Sequence record: NC_070967.1 | DNA length: 64,000 nucleotides | Reading direction: 5' to 3' (one strand) | Shown: positions 56,187 to 64,000 of the stretch, piece after piece | Numbering within the stretch: the stretch's first letter is position 1 | How the letters are laid out: every line of letters begins with the position of its first letter | Made by a program: the position numbers and the translations under genes | Notes under the pieces: model-generated | Database searches by the model: none | The model's input: only the letters and a program-made list of their open reading frames with translations | What the model was told of the DNA's origin: nothing

Positions 56187-56915
56187 ATGGCTCGTTGCTA
56201 TGTAGGATGTAGTGGATTCTCGTATAATCATTGGAATGATAACTTCTACCCTGCAGGAGTAGAGCGGTTTTCATTTTATACGAGTCAATTTGATTCATTA
56301 GAGATCAATAGTTCATTCTACAGATTACCTAGTGCAAGCGTATTCTACTCATGGTATCGACGATCACCTGCTCATATGACATTCACTGTGAAAGCTCCTC
56401 AGACGATTACTCATCGTAAGAAGCTAAAGGATGCTGACGATATAGTTCAGAGATTCTATGAGAATACTCTTGAGCTAGGTGACAAGATGAAATGTGTCTT
56501 ATGGCAGTTACCTCCTAATTTCTCCATAAGAATGTATGATCGTGTCAAGAAATTCTGTGACAGTATTCATAACAGATTTCCTAATTCAGCATTCGAGTTC
56601 AGACATCCTTCATGGATGCAGACTCACGTACCTCAACTTCTATCTGCATACGACTTTGAGTTTGTACGTACAGATTTTCATAAATACGTAAATGTATCCA
56701 TGGATGGATCCTCGTCTAAATTCCAGTACTATCGATTACATGGACCTACAGGTCAGTATCACGGTCGCTACACTGATGAGTTTCTTGAGAATATAGCTGA
56801 TCGTCTAACGGATGGATCATTCGTATTCTTCGATAATGATAGTGGAGGTCAAGCTCCTAGGGATGCTAAAAGATTAATCAAAATTCTAGAGACAAGAAAT
56901 GAAATTAAATTATAG
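56187..56915 (+). CDS. DUF72 (YecE-like) TIM-barrel protein
   Basis: GCSGFSY..W...FYP, EINSSFYRLP, FTVKAP..ITH, LWQLPP, EFRHPSW, RLHG, FFDND. Confidence 0.92.
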   Translation: MARCYVGCSGFSYNHWNDNFYPAGVERFSFYTSQFDSLEINSSFYRLPSASVFYSWYRRSPAHMTFTVKAPQTITHRKKLKDADDIVQRFYENTLELGDKMKCVLWQLPPNFSIRMYDRVKKFCDSIHNRFPNSAFEFRHPSWMQTHVPQLLSAYDFEFVRTDFHKYVNVSMDGSSSKFQYYRLHGPTGQYHGRYTDEFLENIADRLTDGSFVFFDNDSGGQAPRDAKRLIKILETRNEIKL

Positions 56916-57444
56916 AGCATATGCAGGAATTGGATCAAGAAGTACTCCTCCACATATTCTTGAATTTATGAGAATTCTAGCATTCAAGCTTGGATCTCAA
57001 GAAGATCCGTGGACTGGTCGATCAGGTCACGCTGATGGTGCAGATGATGCATTCGAAGTAGGTATGGAACAAGCTAATGGACCTATGGAGATCTTTCTAC
57101 CGTGGAGAGGTATGGCTAACAGTCGATGTAAGAGTGATTCTCCATACTATGAAATCAAAACAATTGCTTACGATCTAGCTTCTAGGATTCACCCTAAGTG
57201 GTACGGATTAACTCATGGAGCTAAGAAACTTCATGCTAGGAATACTTATCAAGTCCTAGGTTACGATCATCAGACTTGGAGTAAAGCTGTTGTATGCTAT
57301 ACATCTGACGGTCTACCAATTGGAGGTACTCGTACAGCGATTAAGATCGCAGAGATGCACGGTATTCCGGTTATCAATCTAGGTGATCCTGAGTGTAAAT
57401 ACGAAACTCCTGATCAAGTTGTGGAATATTTAAACTCTCTATAG
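56899..57444 (+). CDS. SLOG-superfamily (DprA/Smf-like) protein
   Basis: YAGIGSR, SGHADGAD, LHARN, GGTRTAI. Confidence 0.8.
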   Translation: MKLNYRAYAGIGSRSTPPHILEFMRILAFKLGSQEDPWTGRSGHADGADDAFEVGMEQANGPMEIFLPWRGMANSRCKSDSPYYEIKTIAYDLASRIHPKWYGLTHGAKKLHARNTYQVLGYDHQTWSKAVVCYTSDGLPIGGTRTAIKIAEMHGIPVINLGDPECKYETPDQVVEYLNSL

Positions 57445-57445
57445 A

Positions 57446-57472
57446 GCGAATCTAGCGTGGGAAAGCCTTCCT
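57446..57472 (+). promoter_or_regulatory. Bipartite motif copy (GCGAA-N13-AGCCTTCCT)
   Basis: Exact consensus 30 nt before the pyruvyl transferase ATG. Confidence 0.65.
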
Positions 57473-57502
57473 TCTTAGTCAGAATAATATGAGATCTTAG
57501 AA

Positions 57503-58405
57503 ATGTTTGACATTAATGTTGATAATCCTAACCTTGCTGCGATCCTGGAATCGTATCGTGGAAAGAAGATTGACTACTTTCATAATAATGGTAACGCAGG
57601 TGATGCGATCATCGCAGTAGGTACGTATCAGACTTTTGATAAGTTTGGTATTGACTACTCTGCTTACAATAAACCTCGTGCTCATAAGCAAACGAGCGAT
57701 ACTGTTTTCATCGCAGGTGGTGGTAATCTCGTAAGTTATTATCCTGATTGTGAGAAGGCTATCAAGGAAGCTATGAAGAAGTACGATAGAATCATCGTTC
57801 TCCCTCATTCTATCCGAGGTAAAGAAGATCTTCTGAAGTCAATGGATAAGCGTTTCACGATTTTTACTCGTGAGGTACCTTCTGATAATTATGTAAGATC
57901 AGTGGTCAATTCAGATGTGACTGTTCATCTGGAACATGATATGGCATTCTTTATGGATGTCAAAGCTATCTTTGAAGATAATTCTATTAAAGATAAAGTC
58001 GAGAAATTCTATCGTAACAAGCTCCGATCTGTTAATCGTCTACCTGATGACATTATCGGTAAAGACAACTACTGCTTCCGTGAAGATGTTGAGGCAGTTG
58101 TTAATGTGAAGTCTTCTCAGAACGTAGATATTTCCTACGTATTCGAACGAGGACTTGATCGTACTAATGCTTTTATTGCAGCAGCAGCATTCTTGAAATA
58201 TATTGATGCTTCAAAGTCAATTACTACAAGTCGTCTTCATACAGGCATTGGTGCAGCTATGTGCGGTACTCCTGCTACGGTATTTGATAATTCATATGGC
58301 AAGATTTCTAGTATCTACGAATTCTCAATGAAGGATCGTGGATACAACTTCCGTGTAGGTCTCATTGATGAAATGAGATCAATTATCGAACGAATTGAGG
58401 ACTGA
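57503..58405 (+). CDS. Polysaccharide pyruvyl transferase-like protein (EpsI/EpsO type)
   Basis: GNAGD, GGGNL, PHSI, TRE, HDMAF, TSRLH, DNSYGK. Confidence 0.85.
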   Translation: MFDINVDNPNLAAILESYRGKKIDYFHNNGNAGDAIIAVGTYQTFDKFGIDYSAYNKPRAHKQTSDTVFIAGGGNLVSYYPDCEKAIKEAMKKYDRIIVLPHSIRGKEDLLKSMDKRFTIFTREVPSDNYVRSVVNSDVTVHLEHDMAFFMDVKAIFEDNSIKDKVEKFYRNKLRSVNRLPDDIIGKDNYCFREDVEAVVNVKSSQNVDISYVFERGLDRTNAFIAAAAFLKYIDASKSITTSRLHTGIGAAMCGTPATVFDNSYGKISSIYEFSMKDRGYNFRVGLIDEMRSIIERIED

Positions 58406-58996
58406 ATGAACATCTTCATCTTGGATCCAGATCCGATCAAGTCTGCTAGATCATACGTCGCGAGTCATCAGAAGATTATTCTGGAGGCTACTCAGATGTT
58501 ATGCACTAACGTAAGACTAACAAATGGTAAGCTTAGAGTCCCTATTCATCCATTTACAGGTCGTAAGAGAAAATTCTGGGTCCTCGATGGAGAGGAGTTA
58601 ATGTACAAGGAGAATCCTGAGAATCCTTCTAAGGGATTCTTCTGGATCAAGTCTTCTAACAAGATTTATGGTGCATGTCATGCTAATCATCCTTGGACTG
58701 TATGGGGTCGTAAGTCTAGGGAAAATTTCGTATGGATGCAAAACTTTGTTGAGATACTTAACAATGAATTTATGAGTCGAGGATATAGATCCCATGGATC
58801 AGCCTCTATAGCTAAGTCTCTAATCGTACCTGATTTACCTGAGACTGGACTGACTCCGATGCCTCACTGCGTTGATCCTGGATCTAAATCGGATGACGTA
58901 GTTGAAAGCTATAGAAATTATTATCGTAGAAGCAAGAAGCACTTACATGTATGGAAATCCGTTCCTATACCTGATTGGATAAATAATGAAGAATAG
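58406..58996 (+). CDS. Pyrimidine-dimer DNA glycosylase / endonuclease V-like protein
   Basis: MNIFILD.DP..SA, KIILEATQML, H.NHPW..W, YRNYY. Confidence 0.85.
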   Translation: MNIFILDPDPIKSARSYVASHQKIILEATQMLCTNVRLTNGKLRVPIHPFTGRKRKFWVLDGEELMYKENPENPSKGFFWIKSSNKIYGACHANHPWTVWGRKSRENFVWMQNFVEILNNEFMSRGYRSHGSASIAKSLIVPDLPETGLTPMPHCVDPGSKSDDVVESYRNYYRRSKKHLHVWKSVPIPDWINNEE

Positions 58997-59145
58997 ATAT
59001 CTAATGTTAGAATCTAGTAAGAAAAACAAGAATAAGGTTAAGTCTAAGCTTCTCGAATCTGTTACAGAGAAGACTGTGAAGAAGGAAGATAATCCTAATT
59101 CTAATCGTGCTCTGAAATTGCTGAGTTTAACTAACGGTAAATAAT

Positions 59146-59463
59146 ATGACCGAATCTGATATTTTCTCTAAGTTTAGACAAGGTCGTAACGATATTGATC
59201 GTGATGCCTGCTTGCATATGTTGCTGGCTAATTGCTGGAATCGTAATTCTTTGGTTTCAGTAGAATTTCCTGTAAGACCTAATATTAATTTATGTGTTGA
59301 TTTTGTGATTTCTCCGTCTCTACGATCGATTGATGTTAAGAGGAAAGAATACAAGTCATTCATAGGTGGTAATGAAACATTATCTACCAGTCTCGATCTA
59401 GCTAAAGATGCTCTCGAGAAATTGGAAGAAGTGTTCTACGCATCGATGTTTGGAGCCCACTAA
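59146..59463 (+). CDS. Hypothetical protein
   Basis: Packed ORF upstream of the AAA+ gene. Confidence 0.6.
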   Translation: MTESDIFSKFRQGRNDIDRDACLHMLLANCWNRNSLVSVEFPVRPNINLCVDFVISPSLRSIDVKRKEYKSFIGGNETLSTSLDLAKDALEKLEEVFYASMFGAH

Positions 59464-59465
59464 AT

Positions 59466-62400
59466 ATGTCAATTAATTCCAGAGACTACGCTCCGTTATT
59501 ATCTTATGCTAAGATGCTAACGTCAAGACTGTCTACTATTCCAGACGTCACGATGATTGGTAACTTTGCTAAGACTCCTCCTAATCTTAATGTCTTTCAA
59601 ATTAAGCCTACTCTGATCCGATTCGGTACTGATCTTCTCATTCAAGGTGACAAGTCAGATATCGTACTCGGATCTAATTATCTTGCTGCTCATCCTAAGG
59701 ATGAATACGAAATCCTCGAATATGAGGATCCTAGCATCGCTGCACGTCGATTCGAGAGTACATGGGGTATGACTCTTGAAGAGTATGATGACCATGTTAA
59801 AGTTCTGAATACGCAAGTAGCTACTGTCAATAACGAAAGTTATGTCCTAGATGAGGAGACGAAAGCTAAGATGTCAGATGCATCAGACTTTCTCACACGA
59901 TGGATTAGAATGTTCAGTTCTAAGACCAACAAAGCACCACTGCTAGTTGGTCATTCAGGTATCTCGAAATCTGCATTCGTTAAGGAAGTTATATCTCGTC
60001 TAGATGCTCAGTCGACTGAATGGGGATATCGCCTCGTTGACATTCGTGCTGCTTATCTTGATAAGACTGACCTCATGGGTTACATCTCTGTCGAGAGTTT
60101 CAAGGGTAATGATGTATGGACTGACTCTCCTAAGATTGAATTCTTGACATCTACATCTGAGTTCATCAAGGAGTGCCGTAAGTTCGTTACGACTACTCCT
60201 CGTGATGATGACAACGGTGAGATGTGGGATATCGTCAAGGAATATTCCAAGACACCTGTCCTCTTCTTCGATGAAATCAATCGTGCACCTGCTTATATTC
60301 AAGCTCAGGTCATGATCATCATCAACCAGCATCGTCTGAACGACTACTCGCTGGATCTCGCTCCTAAGATCGCTGCTGCTAACGTACCGATTGATATGGA
60401 AGATCTTGATGATACGCAGAAAGAACTGATCAAGTACGTTCTGCAGGATGAGATCACCGATAAGGCAATCATTGACCGATTCATTCCTATAGAAATCAAA
60501 GGTAAGGATAAATCTGTTATTGATGCTACGTATTCATATCTCACCAGAAGATATGCTACGAGTGGTGCCAGTATGGACCTTCTTGAGTCTGTCTACAAGA
60601 AGGGTAAACCTCTTCATGACATCACGACAATCGATAAGTATGGTAAGTTCAGATCACACCGTGGTCTAGAATTTGTATGTACGTACCTGTCAGGTTGTGA
60701 AGGCGCTAAAGAGAAACCTATGCTATCAGTGATCAAGTCACTGATTGGTGAGAATGCTACGGATGATTATGTAAGTTATCTTGCTGAGAAATTCAAGACG
60801 ACTAAAGAAAATCTCTCTAAGAAGATCTTTGATCTGAATGAGTCAACTTCCAAGTTTACAGCTCATTGCATCAAGTTCAATATTCCTACGATGCTACTAG
60901 GTCGTATGGGTATTGGTAAGACTGCTAAGATCAATGCTGCTACGAAAGAATTGGATGCTGATGTTATCAACATCGATCTTTCCTCGAGAGATCGTACTGA
61001 TATCAGTGGATTCCCGAGTCAGTATTCCTTTGCTCAGTATATCTTCAGCAAGGGTGGTCAGAATGATGATCTAACAACATCCTCCGCATTCAGACAATTT
61101 GAAGCTCAACTAGTTAACAATCCTAATGTTCCTAAGAAGACAACTGGATTCGTAGGTAGTGGTACTCTTACTCGTCGTCTGGATGAAGCTAGAGCATCTG
61201 GTAAGAAACTAGTTATTGTATTCGATGAGATCAATCGTGCATCTCCTATCGTCCAGTCAGCCGTCTTTGAAGCAATCTCTGATAAGCGATTCATGGGTGT
61301 ATCTCTAGAAGGTATCGACTACTCTGTCGTATCTGCTGGTAATTGGGAAGATCCTAACGAGTCTTCAGGTAACTATCAGGTTACACCTCTTGATACTGCT
61401 ACTCTTCACCGATTTGCATCTCGAGTCATCGATAAGATGACAGAAGACGATATCGGAGAAATGAGAGACTTCATCAAGACAACGTATCCGAATACTTACT
61501 CTGCTCTCAATATGGGTCAGATGAGTAACAACGATATCGTTCAACTCCTGAATACTTCTTCAGATGAAGATGATAACGCTGAGCCAGGTACTGAATGGGC
61601 TAGACCCTCATTCTCGATGCGTACATTCCAGTCTCTGAACGAGATCCTGGATATGTATAAGTTCGTCTGGACTCAAGAGATGACGGTAGATGAATCGGAC
61701 GATATCGTCAAGGTACTCGAATCACCTAACTACATTCTCCGTGATCGTGCAGGTGAAGAAGTTACTCTGAGAACATCAGGTATAAAGAAGTACTTCCCGA
61801 GTCTAGTAGTTGAAGACTTTATCGCTAAAGCTGCTCAGATGCTGGGTGACGATAATGTTTCAGTCCTCGATAAAAGTATGATTCTTGCAGAGCTTCAATA
61901 CAATGAAGTCACTGCATATCAGTCACTTGAGAAGGCTGTCCGAGGAGTCATTCCTGGATCAATGCTTAAGCATATGGGATCAGGTCTTCGTGTATACTAT
62001 ACGGATCTGAGTAAGGCTTCAGTAGGTGCTGTTGATCTTGATCAATTAGTTATGGAACTCTCGGATAATGAAATCCGTAAGGTTCTAAACAAGATGATCT
62101 CAAGATCTGAGGCTTCGAAGACTAATGACGTTATCAAGAGTGCTATCATTGCTCTTGGTCAGGCTAATGAGATCTCTGTCGATTATATTAACAAGATTCT
62201 CAGTCTGTACAAGTCAGTAGTTCCAACATCTACGATCAGTCTTGTTGATATCTTGAATCAGATTCCAGACGAGAATATCGTAAGTGGAGGGTCTGAGATT
62301 GTATTCAACTTCATAGATCTTGCTGCATTCCCTGAACGTGATGTCATCTTACAGTCAGGTTCTGTCTCAGTAGGTACACCAGTTTCGACTAATCCTACTG

Positions 62401-62990
62401 ATTATAAGTTCCTAGGCTACTTGAAGGTTCCACTTGAATTTGGGTCTGTTAATCTTGGATCTAAATATGAAAAGGATCAGAGACTTTACATTCGAAATAT
62501 CATTCCTAACTGCTTCAGAATCATCTGTAATGCTGATGCATTACAAGCGTACTATCGTTATGAGTTTACGATTTCTGATGCATTCTGGAAGATCGACACT
62601 ATCAAACCTTCGACTAAACGATTTGAATACAATGTCGAATACGTAGCGAAGATTAAAGGTGTCAGCTTCAGAATGAAGATTGATAATATTCGTCATCCTG
62701 TAGCTCATAAGGATGGTGATCTGACTAAGCCTCTGACTAAGGATACAATTATCCAACGTGATACGACAGTCTTGTCAGGTATGCTGGCTACACAAGCAGT
62801 AGTATCTGACTCTTCTGTTAGTAACTTGACTAAGAATCTATCAGACGTTCTGACGGATGATGATATCACAATCATCAAAAGTACAGTGATGAAGAAGAAG
62901 GCAGATACTGCCAAGATGTCACTCACTAATGACTATATGCAACTCATCCTTGTCGGATGGCGTAAAGTCGAGCCTAAGTTCTCATTCTAA
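59466..62990 (+). CDS. Tandem (two-module) MoxR/dynein-like AAA+ ATPase
   Basis: Module 1: GHSGISKS, FFDEINRA, AAN, DRF. Module 2: GRMGIGKT, VFDEINRA, AGN, HRF. Confidence 0.85.
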   Translation: MSINSRDYAPLLSYAKMLTSRLSTIPDVTMIGNFAKTPPNLNVFQIKPTLIRFGTDLLIQGDKSDIVLGSNYLAAHPKDEYEILEYEDPSIAARRFESTWGMTLEEYDDHVKVLNTQVATVNNESYVLDEETKAKMSDASDFLTRWIRMFSSKTNKAPLLVGHSGISKSAFVKEVISRLDAQSTEWGYRLVDIRAAYLDKTDLMGYISVESFKGNDVWTDSPKIEFLTSTSEFIKECRKFVTTTPRDDDNGEMWDIVKEYSKTPVLFFDEINRAPAYIQAQVMIIINQHRLNDYSLDLAPKIAAANVPIDMEDLDDTQKELIKYVLQDEITDKAIIDRFIPIEIKGKDKSVIDATYSYLTRRYATSGASMDLLESVYKKGKPLHDITTIDKYGKFRSHRGLEFVCTYLSGCEGAKEKPMLSVIKSLIGENATDDYVSYLAEKFKTTKENLSKKIFDLNESTSKFTAHCIKFNIPTMLLGRMGIGKTAKINAATKELDADVINIDLSSRDRTDISGFPSQYSFAQYIFSKGGQNDDLTTSSAFRQFEAQLVNNPNVPKKTTGFVGSGTLTRRLDEARASGKKLVIVFDEINRASPIVQSAVFEAISDKRFMGVSLEGIDYSVVSAGNWEDPNESSGNYQVTPLDTATLHRFASRVIDKMTEDDIGEMRDFIKTTYPNTYSALNMGQMSNNDIVQLLNTSSDEDDNAEPGTEWARPSFSMRTFQSLNEILDMYKFVWTQEMTVDESDDIVKVLESPNYILRDRAGEEVTLRTSGIKKYFPSLVVEDFIAKAAQMLGDDNVSVLDKSMILAELQYNEVTAYQSLEKAVRGVIPGSMLKHMGSGLRVYYTDLSKASVGAVDLDQLVMELSDNEIRKVLNKMISRSEASKTNDVIKSAIIALGQANEISVDYINKILSLYKSVVPTSTISLVDILNQIPDENIVSGGSEIVFNFIDLAAFPERDVILQSGSVSVGTPVSTNPTDYKFLGYLKVPLEFGSVNLGSKYEKDQRLYIRNIIPNCFRIICNADALQAYYRYEFTISDAFWKIDTIKPSTKRFEYNVEYVAKIKGVSFRMKIDNIRHPVAHKDGDLTKPLTKDTIIQRDTTVLSGMLATQAVVSDSSVSNLTKNLSDVLTDDDITIIKSTVMKKKADTAKMSLTNDYMQLILVGWRKVEPKFSF

Positions 62991-62999
62991 GGTGCAACC

Positions 63000-63701
63000 A
63001 TGCTTGTTTATTCTTACATCTTATACGGATGGGCACAATCCACTATCACAGGTGGAGATGGCAGTAGTGCTAAGCGTCTGACTCTGATCAGAAAGCTTAA
63101 TCAGGAGTTCAATCTGCTACCCGACTCTCTCAGAGGGAAGGGTGGCAAGAATGACTTTGATACAGCTAGAGCATTGACGACATATCTATGTCAAATGTTG
63201 AAGGTACCTCCTATCAAGTTTCCTGATCCTGCTAGTTCTATCAAGTCTATGGATCAGGCTGTACTTGTTTCTGATAAACTCAGTATCGATGTCATCAACA
63301 AAGGTAGTCCTGTCTACTTTACGATGAGTAAAGTAATGCAGACGATTCAGAGTTCAGGTACAGATGCTCACAGAGCATATTTCTTGTCAGCTATCATCAA
63401 TATGATGTTGGCAGGTAGTAGAATGTTCTTCACACTTGCAGCATCTCAAGGTAGTTATAACTACGATGAGTCGACTGCAATAACGTCGTATATCAATCGA
63501 TTTACGAAGATGAAGATCAGTACTTTTGGTAAGTCAATGACGTTCATGGAATTGAATTTCACTTCTATGACTGAACAGTTCAATAACTGCTACAGAGCTC
63601 TTGTCAGAGACTATCCGAATCTTCAAATAAGCGATCCTAATGCGTTGATTGCATCAATTCGTCAGAATATCATTCTGTACCGTATGCAGGAGATCAAATG
63701 A
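63000..63701 (+). CDS. Hypothetical protein
   Basis: 233-aa ORF coupled to the next gene. Confidence 0.7.
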   Translation: MLVYSYILYGWAQSTITGGDGSSAKRLTLIRKLNQEFNLLPDSLRGKGGKNDFDTARALTTYLCQMLKVPPIKFPDPASSIKSMDQAVLVSDKLSIDVINKGSPVYFTMSKVMQTIQSSGTDAHRAYFLSAIINMMLAGSRMFFTLAASQGSYNYDESTAITSYINRFTKMKISTFGKSMTFMELNFTSMTEQFNNCYRALVRDYPNLQISDPNALIASIRQNIILYRMQEIK

Positions 63702-64000
63702 CTGAAACTATTTCATTGAATGAAGTAGATCACTGGGTCGAGACTAATCTTGAGGTCGAGAGCATCGTTGATGCTCTCGGTCTTAGATACAAAGAGCCTG
63801 TTGAGAAGGACTATGGATACAGCTCAAAAGTTGAATTCACAGTAAATATCTCTCTGAACTCTGAAGGTCAAGATCTCATGATCATTGACGGTGGGTATTC
63901 ATACAATAAACTCAAAATCCATGATCTACCTGACAATGCTCCTGTTCAACTACAAGGTGCTACGAGAGCAGTATCAACAGATACTGACTTCAGACTGAAG
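63698..64000 (+). CDS. Hypothetical protein, truncated by the window end
   Basis: ATGA overlap, AGGAG RBS, open for 101 codons to the edge. Confidence 0.65.
   Translation, partial: MTETISLNEVDHWVETNLEVESIVDALGLRYKEPVEKDYGYSSKVEFTVNISLNSEGQDLMIIDGGYSYNKLKIHDLPDNAPVQLQGATRAVSTDTDFRLK

Noticed and set aside
62-57472. Reading AGCCTTCCT as an anti-Shine-Dalgarno sequence or minus-strand RBS
   Set aside because: There are no minus-strand genes at these sites, and the fixed 13-nt link to RCGAA fits a DNA-level bipartite element better
5945-62756. The many other minus-strand ORFs and alternate-frame + ORFs in the track (e.g. 12616, 29755, 30775, 31655, 33887, 60000, 28076)
   Set aside because: All overlap stronger + strand genes; the terminators, RBSs and motifs seen are oriented on +
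1-64000. tRNA, rRNA or CRISPR array
   Set aside because: No cloverleaf with T-loop and acceptor stem; the recurring motifs are dispersed kilobases apart rather than arrayed with spacers

Overview
This window is a segment of a large lytic (probably jumbo) myophage genome. It is densely packed, all credible genes lie on the + strand, and it is AT-rich. It covers small hypothetical genes plus a replication, recombination and nucleotide-metabolism region: dUTPase, class I RNR beta and alpha, a divergent ThyX, SF2 and DnaB-like helicases, an SSB, a FEN/RNase H, a DnaQ-like exonuclease, a RusA-like resolvase, a single-chain Mre11-Rad50 fusion and type IIA topoisomerase A and B subunits. Accessory loci include a Ter-type cluster (TelA, vWA, DUF475, TerD), a sugar-modification set (epimerase, two glycosyltransferase-like ORFs, a pyruvyl transferase-like ORF), a ParM-like actin, a large vWA protein, a tandem AAA+ ATPase and a PAAR protein. 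The clearest signal not explained by the gene list is a fixed-spacing bipartite motif, RCGAA-N13-ARCCTTCCT. It recurs about 16 times at the heads of transcription units, and an ECF-sigma-like ORF in the window is a candidate reader. Other candidates are a nucleotide-modification module (variant ThyX, FAD oxidoreductase, HAD fusion), a glycosylation/pyruvylation module, a promoter-plus-terminator sRNA and a second repeated intergenic motif. No tRNA, rRNA, CRISPR array, IS element or obvious intein was seen. All family assignments come from motif recognition by eye; no database search was run.
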